From Eledone cirrhosa (taxonomy: Eukaryota): a DNA stretch of 64,000 bases. The notes under the pieces are model-generated. The model was not told where the DNA came from, made no database searches, and saw only the letters and a program-made list of their open reading frames with translations. Where the stretch lies: contig OZ024750.1 in assembly GCA_964016885.1 (NCBI GenBank), forward strand, positions 49,724,001-49,788,000, in the 5' to 3' direction. Each line of letters begins with the position of its first letter. Within the stretch, counting starts at the first letter, position 1. Of the stretch, positions 1-13,636 are shown in pieces. A program made the translations under genes and the position numbers.

Positions 1-328
1 TCAAGAAAGGAACAGAACAATATTTGCGAATGATTCCTGGTTTACCCTCTCTGCACGAGGTGCGAACAATTGTTTTTACTGGTACTGCACACGTATTGGG
101 AAGAGCACTACCTCTGTAACATTGATATCCCTCTTTGTATTTATATATGCATATGCACATGTGTATATATGTATACTGTTTGTTTTTTTATTATTATAAT
201 CAATGGGCTGTATTAACTGGCTTTCCAATGTACACTGAATTTATTTGCCATAGGTGTCAGGACGACACTCGGCATATCTCTCAGAAACAATAATAAAAGA
301 AGATAAAAATAATAATAATAATAATAAC
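1..328 (+). mobile_element. 3' end of R4/Dong-like (RLE) non-LTR retrotransposon with (TAA)n tail
   Basis: Frame from base 3 reads KKGTEQYLRMIPGLPSLHEVRTIVFTGTAHVLGRALPL* (stop 117-119), typical of the extreme C-terminus of R4/Dong ORFs; a UTR follows and ends in (aat)n at about 308-328. Confidence 0.7.
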
Positions 329-1980
329 AATGCTTTCTTTATTAACCACAGGGGTTGACACAAAGTATAACATTAAGGATAACACAGGACAATACAGGAC
401 GGTACGAATGGGCATTTCTGCGTGTAAAAAAACAAAAACAGAGGAATTAACAAAAAAAGAATCAATGAAAAGGAAGACGGCGGGGCAATCCTCAGGATTT
501 ACTCAACTGATAGCCGGATGCGTCCTACACGCGACAGCAGATGTTCGACATAAACCCACAAGTCACCAAAGCTCGGACACTGCACGAGTGCGTACATGAA
601 TTGTTCTTGATCGAGCCCGGCTGACAACACTTCCATGCCTGTAGAGTTCATCCCGAACTGGCAAAGCTCCTAGATAGCACAGCCAGGTTAGCGATTTCTG
701 GAAGTTGTTCATAGGCCCCGGCCCGAGTCTCCCCGAGACTCCACAAGTACGACGTCGCTGTTCCCCTCCACTAATCCTCTATAGTACGGCAAGGTGGAAT
801 TTCCACCGATCGCATTGCCCGACTGATCGAGGGTTGTAAGCGCCTGAAGACATACCAGTCTCCAAGCGCTCCCTCTCGGTCTTCACTTGACCCATGACTG
901 CAGCTCAGTCAAGGAGACCAGCTGGGGAAACCCGCGTCTAGGAAATGGTGACCACACATGAACACCGTCGAGGAAGATGTGGAGATGTCGTAGCCTGAGA
1001 ACGTGTCTGTGGATCATCAGCCACGGCATGCAAAGCATTCTACGTAGCGGGTGTTGACAGCAGATGGACCGCCTGACCATCGGAGCGCTTCCCTTCCACA
1101 AAAAGCTAAAGCGCAAACGCTCCAGCGCAATCAGGTGACGCTTAGGAGAAGGCTGTAGTAGATGACGGACGTGATGTACGTATATGCCACCTCCGCTCGA
1201 CCTTTCAGGGATAGCTTCCTCTGCCCTTTTTTTGTCCCAGTTTTCGTCCGTGTGGAGGTCCGGACCGAACCAGAGCCCTAGCAATTTAACCGGTCCGTCC
1301 GTCCAGCGCGCGGCGACGTTGTTGGACGGCATGGACATGCCTCTCCAGGTGCCGAGCTGCAGGCCCACTGACTTTTCTTGGTTGATCATTGCTCCGGTCA
1401 CCGCCTCGTATTCTCTTAGTGTAGCGCTGATCGCCTCGATGTGTTTGGCGTTCGACACAACTAGGTTGACATTGTCTGCATATGCTAACACGGATCATCC
1501 GCATCCCATTTAGCGCGGGACCCCCTCAACGTCTCCAGTTTGTGCAGAAATGGCTCGAGAGCTAATACGAACAGCAGGGACGAGAGTCGACATCCTTGGC
1601 TGACCTAGCGCATGATGTTAAACGATTCACCACAGAGCAGATGTCGCTGTGCATGGCAGTGATCCAGCTTCTGAAGACAGGCCGAAAGCCAGCCGCCCTC
1701 AGGACTGCCGCCAGATAACGATGGTCGACCCTATCGAATGTTTTCGACTGATCTAAATTGATCAAGGATCCACCCGTGCCAGGTTCCCTAGCAATCCTCT
1801 CCACAACGCATCGTATGAGGTGGAGGGTTTCTTCGGTGGATCTGTCTGGAATGGCGCATGTCTGCGCCTCTTCTACAAGACCACCAACGACAATCGCCTA
1901 CCTCTTTGCTAGCACCTTGGCCCACATCTTGAACTCTGTGTTTAGTAGAGTTATGGGCCTGAAATTATTAATATTACCCT
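329..1980 (-). mobile_element. 5'-truncated, frameshifted Tx1/L1-clade LINE (reverse transcriptase region plus 3' end)
   Basis: Minus-strand fragments NNFRPITLLNTEFKMWAKVLAKR, LINLDQSKTFDRVDHRYL, AYADNV (YADD-like) and YEAVTGAMINQEKSVGL. GC-rich relative to flanks. AATAAA on the minus strand near 337-342 precedes a (TTA)n tail. Confidence 0.85.
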
Positions 1981-2659
1981 AACTATTTATTATGGAACAA
2001 CTTTCGAACGGATTAATGAGAGAAACAAAAGCAACTACTAGCACTTATTCTCCATGCATCACCCTGGAAGGTGGATTCTCCTTCCGGGTTCCACCCAACC
2101 GCGTATGATCACGGACAGCCTACGAGGTTCACCCAGCTGCAACTGCACAACCAAAATATCTGAAGCACTGTGAATATTACTGACTCTCTATAACTCGTCC
2201 CCACTCAGACATTTATCACGGATTTTTCCTTCTATGTTTCCTTCATTCTCTCTATAGGTCTTTTTACCTAATCTGCATAAATGTTTTCCTCCGTTTATTT
2301 TATTCTAGTTTCAATCCCACTTTTCCCTGTTCTTCCTTACTTGTATATTTTTCTTTAACTCATCAATGTATCGTTTGTCTCCACCGGATTCACGGGGATA
2401 CAAACTGTAGGATTGTTTAATTTTTACATTTGTTTTTAATTTTTTACATTCGTTTATTTTTAAGTTTAACACTCGTTAAATTAGATACATTAAATTGTAC
2501 ATGTCACCCACGACAAATGTCCAGATATTTTCGTATTCTTAGCAAATTGACTGTTGTCTAGTTGTCTGGACTCCTAACTTTTAACTCTTAACGTCTGAAA
2601 TTTGAAACATTTTTCTCGGGTTGTGAAACTTTAGATATGTTCTATGATAAGTTATATTA

Positions 2660-5600
2660 ACCATAGCAGAAGGGAACTTTCTCTCTTCGGGGTGATTATC
2701 CCGCCATAAACGTATGGCGGCTACAAATGCACCGAAATCCTAGATCCTTGCCAAAGCTAGCAGTAACATTTGGCTGGCTTGAACTCCCACTGACCATATC
2801 GAGTTGCCGGCCGAGGAAATGGGAGATTGGTGGATACAGAAAACGTACAATGGTGTGTTAATTAGAGGATATAGACAAAGGATTTTAGGAGTATTCCAGG
2901 AGATGGGTCTCTTTGAAGTAACTGAAATGAGGATTAGTGTTCAAACAAGGGCATACGCAGAAACGGATGGGTATTTGAGGTCGAAATTAAAATTCTAAAG
3001 AAAAGGATAGACCGGAGGGTGTGGAGGATATAGAATCTCAGGATGTTGGAGATTCAAATAAAGAGTATGGGAAACGATGCAACTCAACAGGAACAAGAGA
3101 AACTGAATATTCGAGATGATGTAAGTGGTGACATTAACATTGATGAAGCGAAGAAGATATCAGAATAAGACAGAGCGATAATTGCTGATATATTGGAGAT
3201 CTCTAAATTAATTATCTCCCCAAAAATCATAATAGCAATAATCTCCTCGAAAAATTAAAATAGCAAAACAATGTCAGCTAAAAGAAATAACTAACAAAGT
3301 AAACAACATCATTGACAAGGGGCTAACTAGAACCATTACATAAACTAACAATCTAATCAGCGTTGCAAATATGACTGAAACAGACTACAGAAAAGCATAT
3401 CAATGAGCCATGGTGAAAGAGGAGGATTGAAGGGGACATCAAAATGCTTAGGAAATATATCAATATTCTGGGAAAAGAAAAACGAGGTTAACTTTAAAAA
3501 GGGAATTTTACAGGGAAGTACAATATCAGGAGAAATAAGATTACTGCAGTAATTGAGGAGCTGAAACAAAAGGTATTTGGCAAAGATGCAAAGATTAAGA
3601 GGTATGAACAACCGATCACGCAGCATAAACAGAAAGTGTTTCCAACAACATCAGAAAAGATCCTATGAGAAGGTTAATGGCATGGTTAGGAAAGATGATG
3701 TAATTCCTGATGCAGATGAAATTAAGAAGTTCTGGAGTTATATCTGGAGTGTAGTAAAAGAGCACAATAGAGGTGTGGCGTGGCTGACTAATATAAAAAG
3801 GGACATTGGGGATAATCAACAGGGGGAACTGGAGGTAACAACTGATACGGTAACTATCGAGTGTAGAAAGATATCAAATGAGAAACTCCTGACAGAGACG
3901 GTATGAAAGGAATTTGGTTGGAAGAGCTAAGTTCCCTAAATGGGAGAATTCTTGATCAACTGAATAAGATCTTGGATGGAGAAGAGAGGTTGCCAGAATG
4001 GCTCAACGTTGAGAGAAAGATCTTGTGTTTGAAGGACCCTATCAATAGAAATGCTTTTGACAACTTTAGGCCCATCTCTTGCCCCCATCATATGTGGAAA
4101 TTACGACAGGTATTATTGCTGAGGCAATGTATGAATGCCTGGGAGAGACACTATTCTCAGAGCAGAAGGGATGTAGGAGAAGATGCAGGGGGACTAAGGA
4201 TCAATAGTTGATTGATAAAGTGATCAATAACAATTGTATAAGGAGACACACAAATATTTCCATGGCCTCGATTGATTATGGCAAGGCTTACGACATGGTG
4301 TGACATGGCTGGATACTAGAATGTTTGAAAATATTTGGTCTTGCTGCTAACGTTAGACAGATTCTGGTAAATAGTATGGATGATTGGAAGACTGAGCTGA
4401 CTTCATGTAGAAAGACATTGGGAGTTGACATGAGAGGAATATTTGAAGGAATCAGTATTTTACCTTTTATGTTTGTGCTATGTATGGTTCCATTTTCATT
4501 GGTGCTGATAATGTCAAAGTCTGGTTAAGAGTGAGGGCGACGCCATTTTAAGATAAACCACACAATGTTCATGGATGACCTACAACTTTATGGGAAATCC
4601 TATTGATATATTGATCTCGTTCTACAGACTGTTCATACATTCTATACGGATATATGAATGGAAGTTGGCATAACAAAATGTAGGGTGCTAATATTAAAGT
4701 GGGGTAGAATTAATACGAAGAAATGAATTGAATTACCAGAAGGACAGGTTATGAAGCAAATTGAAGAAAACGGGTATAAGTACTTAGGCATCGTAGAAAC
4801 AAAAAAGATAATCAGAGAGAAGGAAATGAAAGAACTATTGTCAAAAGAATATAAACGTAAACGTAAATGATGTTGATGTTAAAGGCGAAGTTAAGTGGTA
4901 GGAATAAGATACTGGTTATAAACACATGGGCTATTGCAGTGCTACAGTATAGAGGTGGTGGGATAGACTGAAGATAATTATGAACGTAAGGATCTTGAGA
5001 AAAAACATGGAAAACGATGACACTTCAAGGAGCTCTATACCCCAAATGTCAAGTGGACAGGTCGTATCTATGACGACATAGAGGAAGAATGGGTATTATT
5101 AGTTGTGCAATTTGTATGAAGCAAGCTGGAGGAGAATAATCTGGCCTGGTTTGTAAAGAATTCAAAGGAAAGATTAATGGCAGGAGTAAGAAAGATAAAA
5201 GTCCTAAACACTGATGGTGCAAAGAATAGTGGACAATTTAAACAAGGCAAGCAGAATGACACAGTGAATAGATCGAAGAAAACAATGTGAGGTCCGTTCG
5301 TACGTGATATGCATGAAACAGTTGACAAAGAGACGGACTGGCAATATACTAAGAACATTGACTTAAAAGTTGAAACTGAGGCCCTTTTTTTGCAGCCCAG
5401 TAACAGGCACTGGGAACGAACAATATCAAGTTCAATATTAACAAGTCAGTGAATTTCTCACTTTGTAGGCTATGTAGTGAGAAAGGTAAAACAATAAGCC
5501 ACATTATTAGTGAATGTAATATGCTTGCTCAGAAAGAGTATAAGAGAAGACACGACAACATTGCTAGATTGGTTCATTGGAGGCTGTGTCATATGACATG

Positions 5601-6120
5601 AGTACAAGTGAGAAAAGGTATAAACGTCAACTGGAAAAGGTGGCTGAAAATGAACAGTATATGATCTGTCATCAAACAAGACATTGGGGTTAATCGCGCT
5701 AGAAAGCCTTACATTGCTGTTGTAGAAAAAATGGATAACGAGGCAAGTATTGTGGATATTGCTTCACCGTGGAACCACAGGATGAATGCGAAGGAAAGAC
5801 AGGAAGTTGAAAAACTCCAGGGCGGAAGAGAAATCAAGAAACTGTATAGAACCAGTCACATAGAAGTAGTACCGATTGTGGTTGTGGCACTGTGAGCAGT
5901 TAGTGAACGGTTGGATGCAAGGCTTAAGAAGCCAGGAATTACCACCAGTAGAGGATTGTGGCAGAAAACAACCTTGCTGAGAACAGTATGAATTCAAAGA
6001 ATGGGTGTTGGAAAGTTGAAGAAGGAATGATCCAAAGGACTTTTGGTATATTCTTCGTATAACATCTTCCAGAACAAACGCGTTATGAATAATACTAATA
6101 TCAATAATATTAATGATAAT
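2660..6120 (+). mobile_element. Near full-length degenerate R4/Dong-like RLE LINE (RT, CCHC zinc knuckle, restriction-like endonuclease)
   Basis: Ordered motifs across frameshifts: [112 protein letters not shown]-rich tail at about 6088-6120. The 5' boundary is approximate. Confidence 0.9.
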
Positions 6121-6408
6121 ATTTAGCTCCCCACATTAGCAGACGATTTACTTTTGTCGATAAGAATTCACGTACTAGGTGAAATGACTTGAAAGTTAAT
6201 TTAATATTGCGTGATGTATACATCATATATATATATATATATGACGTATACATCACGCAATATTAAATTAACTTTGAAGTCATTTCACCTAGTACGTCAA
6301 TTCTTATCGACAAAAGTAAGTCGTCTGCTAATGTGGGGAGCCAAATATTATCATTAATATTATTGATATTATTGCGTTTGTTCTGGCAGATGTTATACCG
6401 AGAATATA
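6047..6408. repeat. Inverted duplication (about 175-bp arms) centred on (AT)n
   Basis: 6047-6223 is the reverse complement of 6243-6408 with scattered mismatches and a small indel, e.g. ccccacattagcagacga / tcgtctgctaatgtgggg. Confidence 0.95.
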
Positions 6409-6680
6409 TATACGTGTGCGTATGGGTATGTGTTTATGTATGTATGTATATTGAATTATATTACTTCAGAGGCACATAAAAGTATATTAGTAAGATTTGC
6501 ATTTTCTGTAATATCCATTTCGAGAGAATTTGGTCGACTTGATGTAATGAAAGTAAATCATCGATTAACAATGAATTTCGTCTGAATATATATATCAGTA
6601 GAAACCATAAACAGAGAAGTATACCACGGTGGAAAAATGTTGATTATTGCAAATAACTTCATAGTGCACGTGTCCTGCCT

Positions 6681-6930
<250 letters not shown>

Positions 6931-7070
6931 GCCAACAGTCTACTACGATCGTCTCTGAGTCAAAATCAAAAAAACTTTTTTCTCCGCTATTTTTCTCTTA
7001 GCTTTTTTCCTGAAAGCCACTTGGAATGTGGTTACCATCATTCCTTTGGTATACAACATTTATGCAATAT

Positions 7071-7136
7071 ACACCTGAAGATGTCACCAGCTTCTTACCC
7101 AAGCTTGCCACTGAAATATTGAAATATGCATAGTGT
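7071..7136 (+). ncRNA. Degenerate type I hammerhead-like motif
   Basis: acac-CTGAAGA-(39 nt)-GAAA-tatgca-TA-gtgt. Stem I acac/gtgt pairs and stem III is palindromic, but the base of stem II pairs poorly. Confidence 0.35.
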
Positions 7137-7193
7137 TTGCAGAAATAAACAATTAAGGGAATTCAACCTGCCCGGTCTCTGGTCATTTTACAT

Positions 7194-7288
<95 letters not shown>

Positions 7289-7458
7289 CTTGGTCGTTTC
7301 TATGGCTGTGCGGATAATGGTTTAACCACCCTCTCAGTGTATTTGGCCTTTTAACGTATGTTGTAGCTCTGGTTCGTTAGAATCTATTGAGCGTTTGCCA
7401 CACATCTTGGAAGTTATTTTTCGCTAATTTCCATTAGCCGAAATACGATTCTCGGCAA

Positions 7459-7515
<57 letters not shown>

Positions 7516-7519
<4 letters not shown>

Positions 7520-7741
7520 ATACTTTGGGAGGGTCATGTTGCCAATAAGAAACACACGCACCAGTCGCTTTCACTTCAATTTATTATATATTTATAAATT
7601 TATAAATTTACAAATCTACAAACTTATAAATTTCTGGTTGGTTGGTTGGCAACATGACCCCCCCCCCCCCCCAAAGTATAACAATATCGGTTTCAACACA
7701 CGATTTCAGATAAAGAATCTTGCTAAACAAATTCAGAAACG

Positions 7742-7745
<4 letters not shown>
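7516..7745. mobile_element. PLE pseudo-LTR terminal fragment (family A) with inverted piece, inside (TA)n
   Basis: ttgttatactttgggagggtcatgttgccaa...ttggcaacatgacc(c)ncaaagtataacaa. The same sequence occurs at 17786-18352 and 54357-54620, and a related one forms the 3' end of the PLE at 55505. Confidence 0.75.
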
Positions 7746-7811
<66 letters not shown>

Positions 7812-7837
7812 ATATATGTCTATATATATGTATGTGC

Positions 7838-8421
7838 TACTGATAACATGTATCCCAGTACAACCTGTCCCATGGTCAGGTCGTTGGCGACTAAACTGGC
7901 AACCCCACCAAGGTTTCTTGGTGAGGAGGGTGACGTTGGACATACTGAAGGACTAAAAACAAAACCTGTCAAAAGGCAAAGGAGCTCTTAAGAGTCAATG
8001 GCCATCAAAAATCACCGGGAGAGATGACCCCTTAGCCTTTGTCAAGGCAGAATTCTAGGAGAAGGAATACTCTGATATAACACCTGCAACCCTGATGGTA
8101 TCCAGTGATGTTGACTTGTTCTTCTTTTTGGTAAATATCATCTTGTTTGAGAGAGTGGGACTGGCTTTGTGCAGTGCCTTTGCTCACTATAAAAGCTTCA
8201 CGGCATAGGCATTGCTTTATATCTGGAGATCTCTCTGCACTTGTCGTCACATGGTACCATGGGCCTAGCACTATGTGTCAATAATTGTCACAAGTGTAGT
8301 GTTTGTACCAGAGTTTTCAAGTCGCTGGCTGGACTAAAAAGTCACACTCGTTTAGCGCATCAGTAGGGGTTCTCCTACATGGATATAAAGTAGTGGCCGT
8401 ACTCGAAAACGAGTTGGCAGC

Positions 8422-8426
<5 letters not shown>
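7838..8426 (+). mobile_element. Short RTE-derived element (5'UTR-like part plus 3' end with C2H2 finger remnant)
   Basis: 8289-8366 reads HKCSVCTRVFKSLAGLKSHTRLAHQ*, followed by hairpin actcgaaaacgagt and then (TA)n, as at RTE/BovB-type 3' ends. No RT motifs are present. Confidence 0.5.
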
Positions 8427-8460
<34 letters not shown>

Positions 8461-9563
8461 TGTGTGTGTAGATATATACATTGTTTCAAAATAATATATG
8501 ACATCTTAAGTTATTGATACTAGGTGGGAATGGGCCTTTGTGATAGGAATTAACTGAAAGTGGGAATCATGCGTGACAGAGAAATATACATAGATAGAGA
8601 GAGTTTGGGAGAACAAGGGTATTGAACAGTTAGAATTATAGCTTTCATTAAATATGTTGAGCATAGGAAAGTATATGTCTAGCAAATAACAGCAATTGGT
8701 AGAGTTTGACTCATAATTTTAAGAGATACTTATATAAGATGATGCATTTATTTAATATATTGCTATGTTGTTTCTATGATGTTCAACACAATATGCGATG
8801 TTGTCCTCTTTTAATAACAATAATGTTTGGACATAACTGTTGTTATTTTCCTATAATTCTATCTCAAAGCAGGCTGTTGTGCTTTGCATATCATAATTTA
8901 AATTATCCTTCCCTCATCACTGTATAGTGCTGCTTACAAATTAATTCGTTCTTAAAAATTGATCCTTTCACTGCTTCATATATCGCATACAGCTTTGGTT
9001 TTGCTGGCTTGGTTCTGTTGTTATGTCTTATTATTCTTAAATTTGCAAATATTGACGATAGCTGTTGTTGATTTCTGAATAGCCATGTTCTTAATATTCG
9101 GTGTGCTTTTGTAGATTACTTTCAAGTCGGTTTTACTAAACCTACCCCAATGACATTCATGGTTGAGACATCGTTTCTGTTACTGTTTTCCTTCCTTCTG
9201 TATTTTATGAGGATTTCTTTATATTTCTACTAATGCCAGACATTTATGTTTGTTTTAAAAAACAAGATATTACAAAGAATATTTATAAAATTCCCATTTC
9301 CAAGATTGATGTAATGTTATGAGGAAATATAATATATTAAGTTTTAAAATATTCTTACAGAATATCAGGACTGTATTTTAGAATCTCAATGCTCTTCACA
9401 TCAGACGAATATGAATGATTCATTAGCATTTGATTTTACAAACAGGGCGTGGGATGCAACGCAAAATTACATTGAAATTATTTATCATATAGTTGAGATT
9501 CTGAGTTTCATAATAACCCTATCTCACTCTGTCCGTGATAAAAATATCATATGTAAAAATAGT

Positions 9564-9601
<38 letters not shown>

Positions 9602-10108
9602 GCTAATGCTGTCATCGATTCCTTGCTGTACCATATAATCTGTTAAAATCATTTAAAATGCCGTCAAGAATATTTATAACTAAAATATATTCCTCAGATA
9701 GCTATATTAGTTATTCCTATCAACGTGTATATAATATTCAGTTCTGGTTTAAGCAGTAATTGAATGGAATCTATATATATATGTTTTCTATACTATCAGG
9801 TTCGTAAAATCTAAATATGAATATATCTGTCTTGCTCAATACATATATATTTCATTTTTCATGTGACATGATATTTGCGTACTTAATTAATTTTCCGTAT
9901 TCAATTTTGCCTCGGAGCATATTTTAAGATTTGTAAGCTACGAAAGCAGAAACATTCCTTAAAATTTGATGAATTTCTTTCCACTGATTCGCCTTTCTTA
10001 GAGCTATTTGCACCTGTTAGATACTAAGCTGAAGCTTAATACGATTGTTGGTAAGTTGGTACTAATGAGAATGAAATGGTTTGTTGTAGTAACGATTGTA
10101 ATTATGTA

Positions 10109-10143
<35 letters not shown>

Positions 10144-11253
10144 GTGCGTATACCTACATACATTTGTGTTCGCTTATTCCTTAGTTCCTCTCTCTCTCTC
10201 TCTCTTTATATATGTATTTATGAGTGTTTGTGTTTGGGTGTGTGTGTCTTTTCACATACTTATGTATGCCAGCATTCTACTGTTACACACATCTTTCCAA
10301 CATGTAAGCTTCAGTAATAATATACTTGATATGTACGAATTGATAAATGTTTATATATGTATGTATGGATAATTACTTTGCATGCTTTCGGCTAATATAT
10401 AATTGTTATTTTTGTCTGACATATATGTTCAGGTGTCTTATAGATGCATATTTGAATTAAGTTCGTGCTTGGCAATAAATACTAAGTAAACCAATGCCCT
10501 ACGGAATGGACCTTCCGAGATTTGTTTTTATCGCTATAGATTATGTTATTGTAACCCTATATATAATGTTCTACATGTACCTATCTCACATAATTTGTAT
10601 TTTATAAACTAGGGCATGAATTAATACGCAGTCTTCAGATTTTATAAATTACAAACTGATTGGACACCAAAAACATTTCTTCCACTTTTCCCTACATTAC
10701 ACATATTGTGTCGGTTGTAACTTCTAGTTGTATGAGGTGGAATCTGAACACAGAATGCATACATGCATAGAGCCACATAATACACTACACATCAAAGAGG
10801 CCGACTTACAAACAATTCCGCTAATCCAATGCCCCGGGATTGTTACCGTATTTACATTCCCTCTCCGAAAGGAGGTTGACCTCAGAGGGATAAGTAGTCA
10901 GATTTTAATGAACCATAGCAAATATTGAGGAATTTACTCCCACACTCAAATGATTCTTCCAATTCGACGCCTATGAATGCGTAACACTGTGTGGTGGAAA
11001 TTGCAACATTTCAGAAAAATGATTGCCAAAACACAATCTCTACATTAGTTTCTATCATTAGATCGATGAAGTTCATGTAGTCTATAGTACCTATTGACAA
11101 ATAATAAATATCTACTTGAATTTCAGTGCAATGTCAAAATCAAACGATGGTAACTTGCGATCATAAATCACTGCTATGAAGTTGTTGAATTCATAGTAAC
11201 TGCAGTAATATTTCCAACAGTACATATATCCAATAATATATTTAACAATTCAC

Positions 11254-11460
11254 CTTGTTAGATTTCAGATCGTATAGATTATATTTCTTTGGGGCATTAC
11301 ATACATGAGCGGAGTTTGTCTTAATTCTCATATCGACTGATGTGTGATCTATTGCTAGGTCAACAATCTCACCTTCGACTGATTTATATCTAATGCAATA
11401 GGAAGTTCTAATGGCATTGACATACTTCTGGCATAGAGTAGATTCATGCAACCGTTTTAT
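11254..11460 (-). CDS. Candidate internal coding exon of an unidentified host gene (69 codons, phase 0-0)
   Basis: Acceptor ctttctgtcgtatcag| and donor aag|gtgaat enclose a 207-nt open frame IKRLHESTLCQKYVNAIRTSYCIRYKSVEGEIVDLAIDHTSVDMRIKTNSAHVCNAPKKYNLYDLKSNK. No family recognised. Confidence 0.35.
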
Positions 11461-12160
11461 CTGATACGACAGAAAGTTTTTTAAAAAATCATATTATATA
11501 TGACAAAGCTGAAGCGATATAATATATTACATTATGAATACTAACTTTGTAGATGTTAAGATTCTTGGCTACTATAACATTTCATGTAGCGCGAAAAATC
11601 ATCCTTTTTTTCCGAAAGACACTTAATTTGATTTTCTTTCGTTTTCTTTCGCAGAAGAATAGAAAATCGATGAGCAGAGGTCAATTACGGTGTGCGAGCA
11701 GCAGAAAATGTTATTATTTCTTCTTTCGTTACAATCATCTTAAGCCCCCAATTGTTGGTAAATGTGTGTTAACATTTCAATGTGTCGGTAGAATACTTAA
11801 TTTGCAAGTGTAAAACACTGGAGCATCTTTTTTCTCCAAACAAAGATATAATCTTGAAATCAGAGCCCATAAATAATTTAATCTTAGTGGAATTCCACAC
11901 ATTATGGGTTACAGGATAGGAAGTTTATGGGATGAGTTCCATTCATTGGTTTCTATTTAACGAGGCACAATCCGTCTATGTCTTTAGTGAAAGTGTGAAA
12001 ATCATGCATTTTCAAAAGTTACAAAATAAAGAAAGAAACTGTGATATATTATCTGCATGACCTGTTGTAAAGAGAGGTAGTTTCTGTGCGTGATTCAAGT
12101 CCATGCAAAACAATGATTTCTACGACATACACACGGCAGATCACTGCTTTAGTAACATTA

Positions 12161-12449
12161 CTATCAGATTGACCCGGCGTTGCTCGGGATTTGCTCTACG
12201 GTTCTTATATATTTGATATACATTTATCCTTATCGAGCCTTGTGAAATAAATACGTTTGTTTATATTTTGTTATTGTGTATGCAAAAATATATGTACACG
12301 AATATACAATTATATATTTATATCTATATTAAAATAACAGATTAAAGTTTAATCAAATAATCGCTGCTTTCACTTTTAACGGGATCTTCTTAAACTAAAA
12401 AAATCCATCTGTGAACGCAAAAGTAAATGTTTCGTAAAACGTTACACAC

Positions 12450-12485
<36 letters not shown>

Positions 12486-12780
12486 TATAGCGTCATCATT
12501 TCGTAATGCAGACAGCCAGACTTACAGACAGATATTATAAGGGCGCAACGTTATATCTATGTAACTACCTAAAAAGAGAAAGAATAAGAATTATAGAGAG
12601 AGATCGCTAAATCGCCTAATGCGGTCCCTAGGGCATTGAACATTCGAAATATGTTTTGCTCAAAACACAGGACCATGAGTATTACATGTGTAAAATTTGA
12701 AAACAATCGGTTGGGTGGTTCTCGAGTTTTCGTGAGCGGAAAGACAGACAGACAGACATTCTCTAATTAAGATATATAGA
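12161..12780 (-). mobile_element. Non-autonomous Helitron-like element
   Basis: On the minus strand it starts a|TCtatatat, carries (tgtc)n near the 5' end, and ends with hairpin cccgagcaacgccggg followed by ...ATAG|t (CTAG variant). Inserted between A and T. Confidence 0.65.
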
Positions 12781-12825
12781 TGATATTTAATCCTAACCTC
12801 ATCGGATGTTAGTTAAAATCCCAAT

Positions 12826-13252
12826 GTTGTTGTTTCGCGTTTCCTATCTCTTAGATTCTAAGATAATTACACGACAGCAAACGTTTGTTAAGCCTGAATT
12901 AGGTTTTCAGAAAAATGAATAACATGATGTCCTTAGGAAATTCAGTCGGTTTCAGCGACGATTATTCAAATGTTTCGGACAATGGAAATCTATGCGTAAG
13001 GAATTAACGTGACAGTCGCCGAATATTCCACAGACTCGTATAGTCTTAAGGTAATTCTCAGGAAGACTCAGTAGGTCACACTGTCACACGATGAACCCAT
13101 TTAATTACGTTTACAACTAATTTTAGTCAGCTGAGTATATTGGATCTTTGACAAATAAAGTTTCTTCCAAGAGTACACAACGAACTGCCATGAATGGAAC
13201 ATACGATTCTACGATAGTGTGACAAATACCTAATATACTAAGCCTCGTGCCT
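12826..13252 (-). mobile_element. Old tRNA-derived SINE, second family (degenerate)
   Basis: The minus-strand head aggcacgaggcttagtatattagg...gttccattc has A/B-box-like spacing, followed by ttgtgtactcttggaagaaactttatt (conserved-core-like) and an (aac)n tail. Confidence 0.5.
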
Positions 13253-13455
13253 ACTCAGATCCTCTATATAAACATCATTTGTTAGGATGAAACGATACTT
13301 TTGCTAGTACAAAAGACATGATATATATAAAAATCAACTGAAGGAAGAATTAAAACTCATTTCATGGACAAGTTTCGATGACAAATTCTCCCCAAGTTCG
13401 AAAGAATTGTTAGGGTAATAGGCACCGGTTATTTCCGTAGAAACAAATTAATGAA

Positions 13456-13529
13456 AACGATAATTACAGTTTTTAATGTGTTGTTTTATATATATATAAA
13501 ACAACCCATTAAAAACCGTAATTATCGTT
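13456..13529. repeat. Short inverted repeat centred on (TA)n
   Basis: aacgataattacagtttttaatgtgttgtttt-(TA)n-aaaacaacccattaaaaaccgtaattatcgtt. Confidence 0.9.
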
Positions 13530-13540
13530 ACATATATATA

Positions 13541-13599
13541 TAGCAACAAGTATGGCCCGACGGCAGAGCTCAAGCCGTGTCGACGGGTATTTCTGGACT

Positions 13600-13636
<37 letters not shown>

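Noticed and set aside
8289-8366. Host C2H2 zinc-finger gene exon
   Set aside because: Single finger without TGEKP linkers, followed by a stop and an RTE-like 3' hairpin.
8700-9240. Possible ancient PLE remnant on the minus strand (KVIYKSTPNIKN)
   Set aside because: Only one weak motif amid many stops; too degenerate to call.
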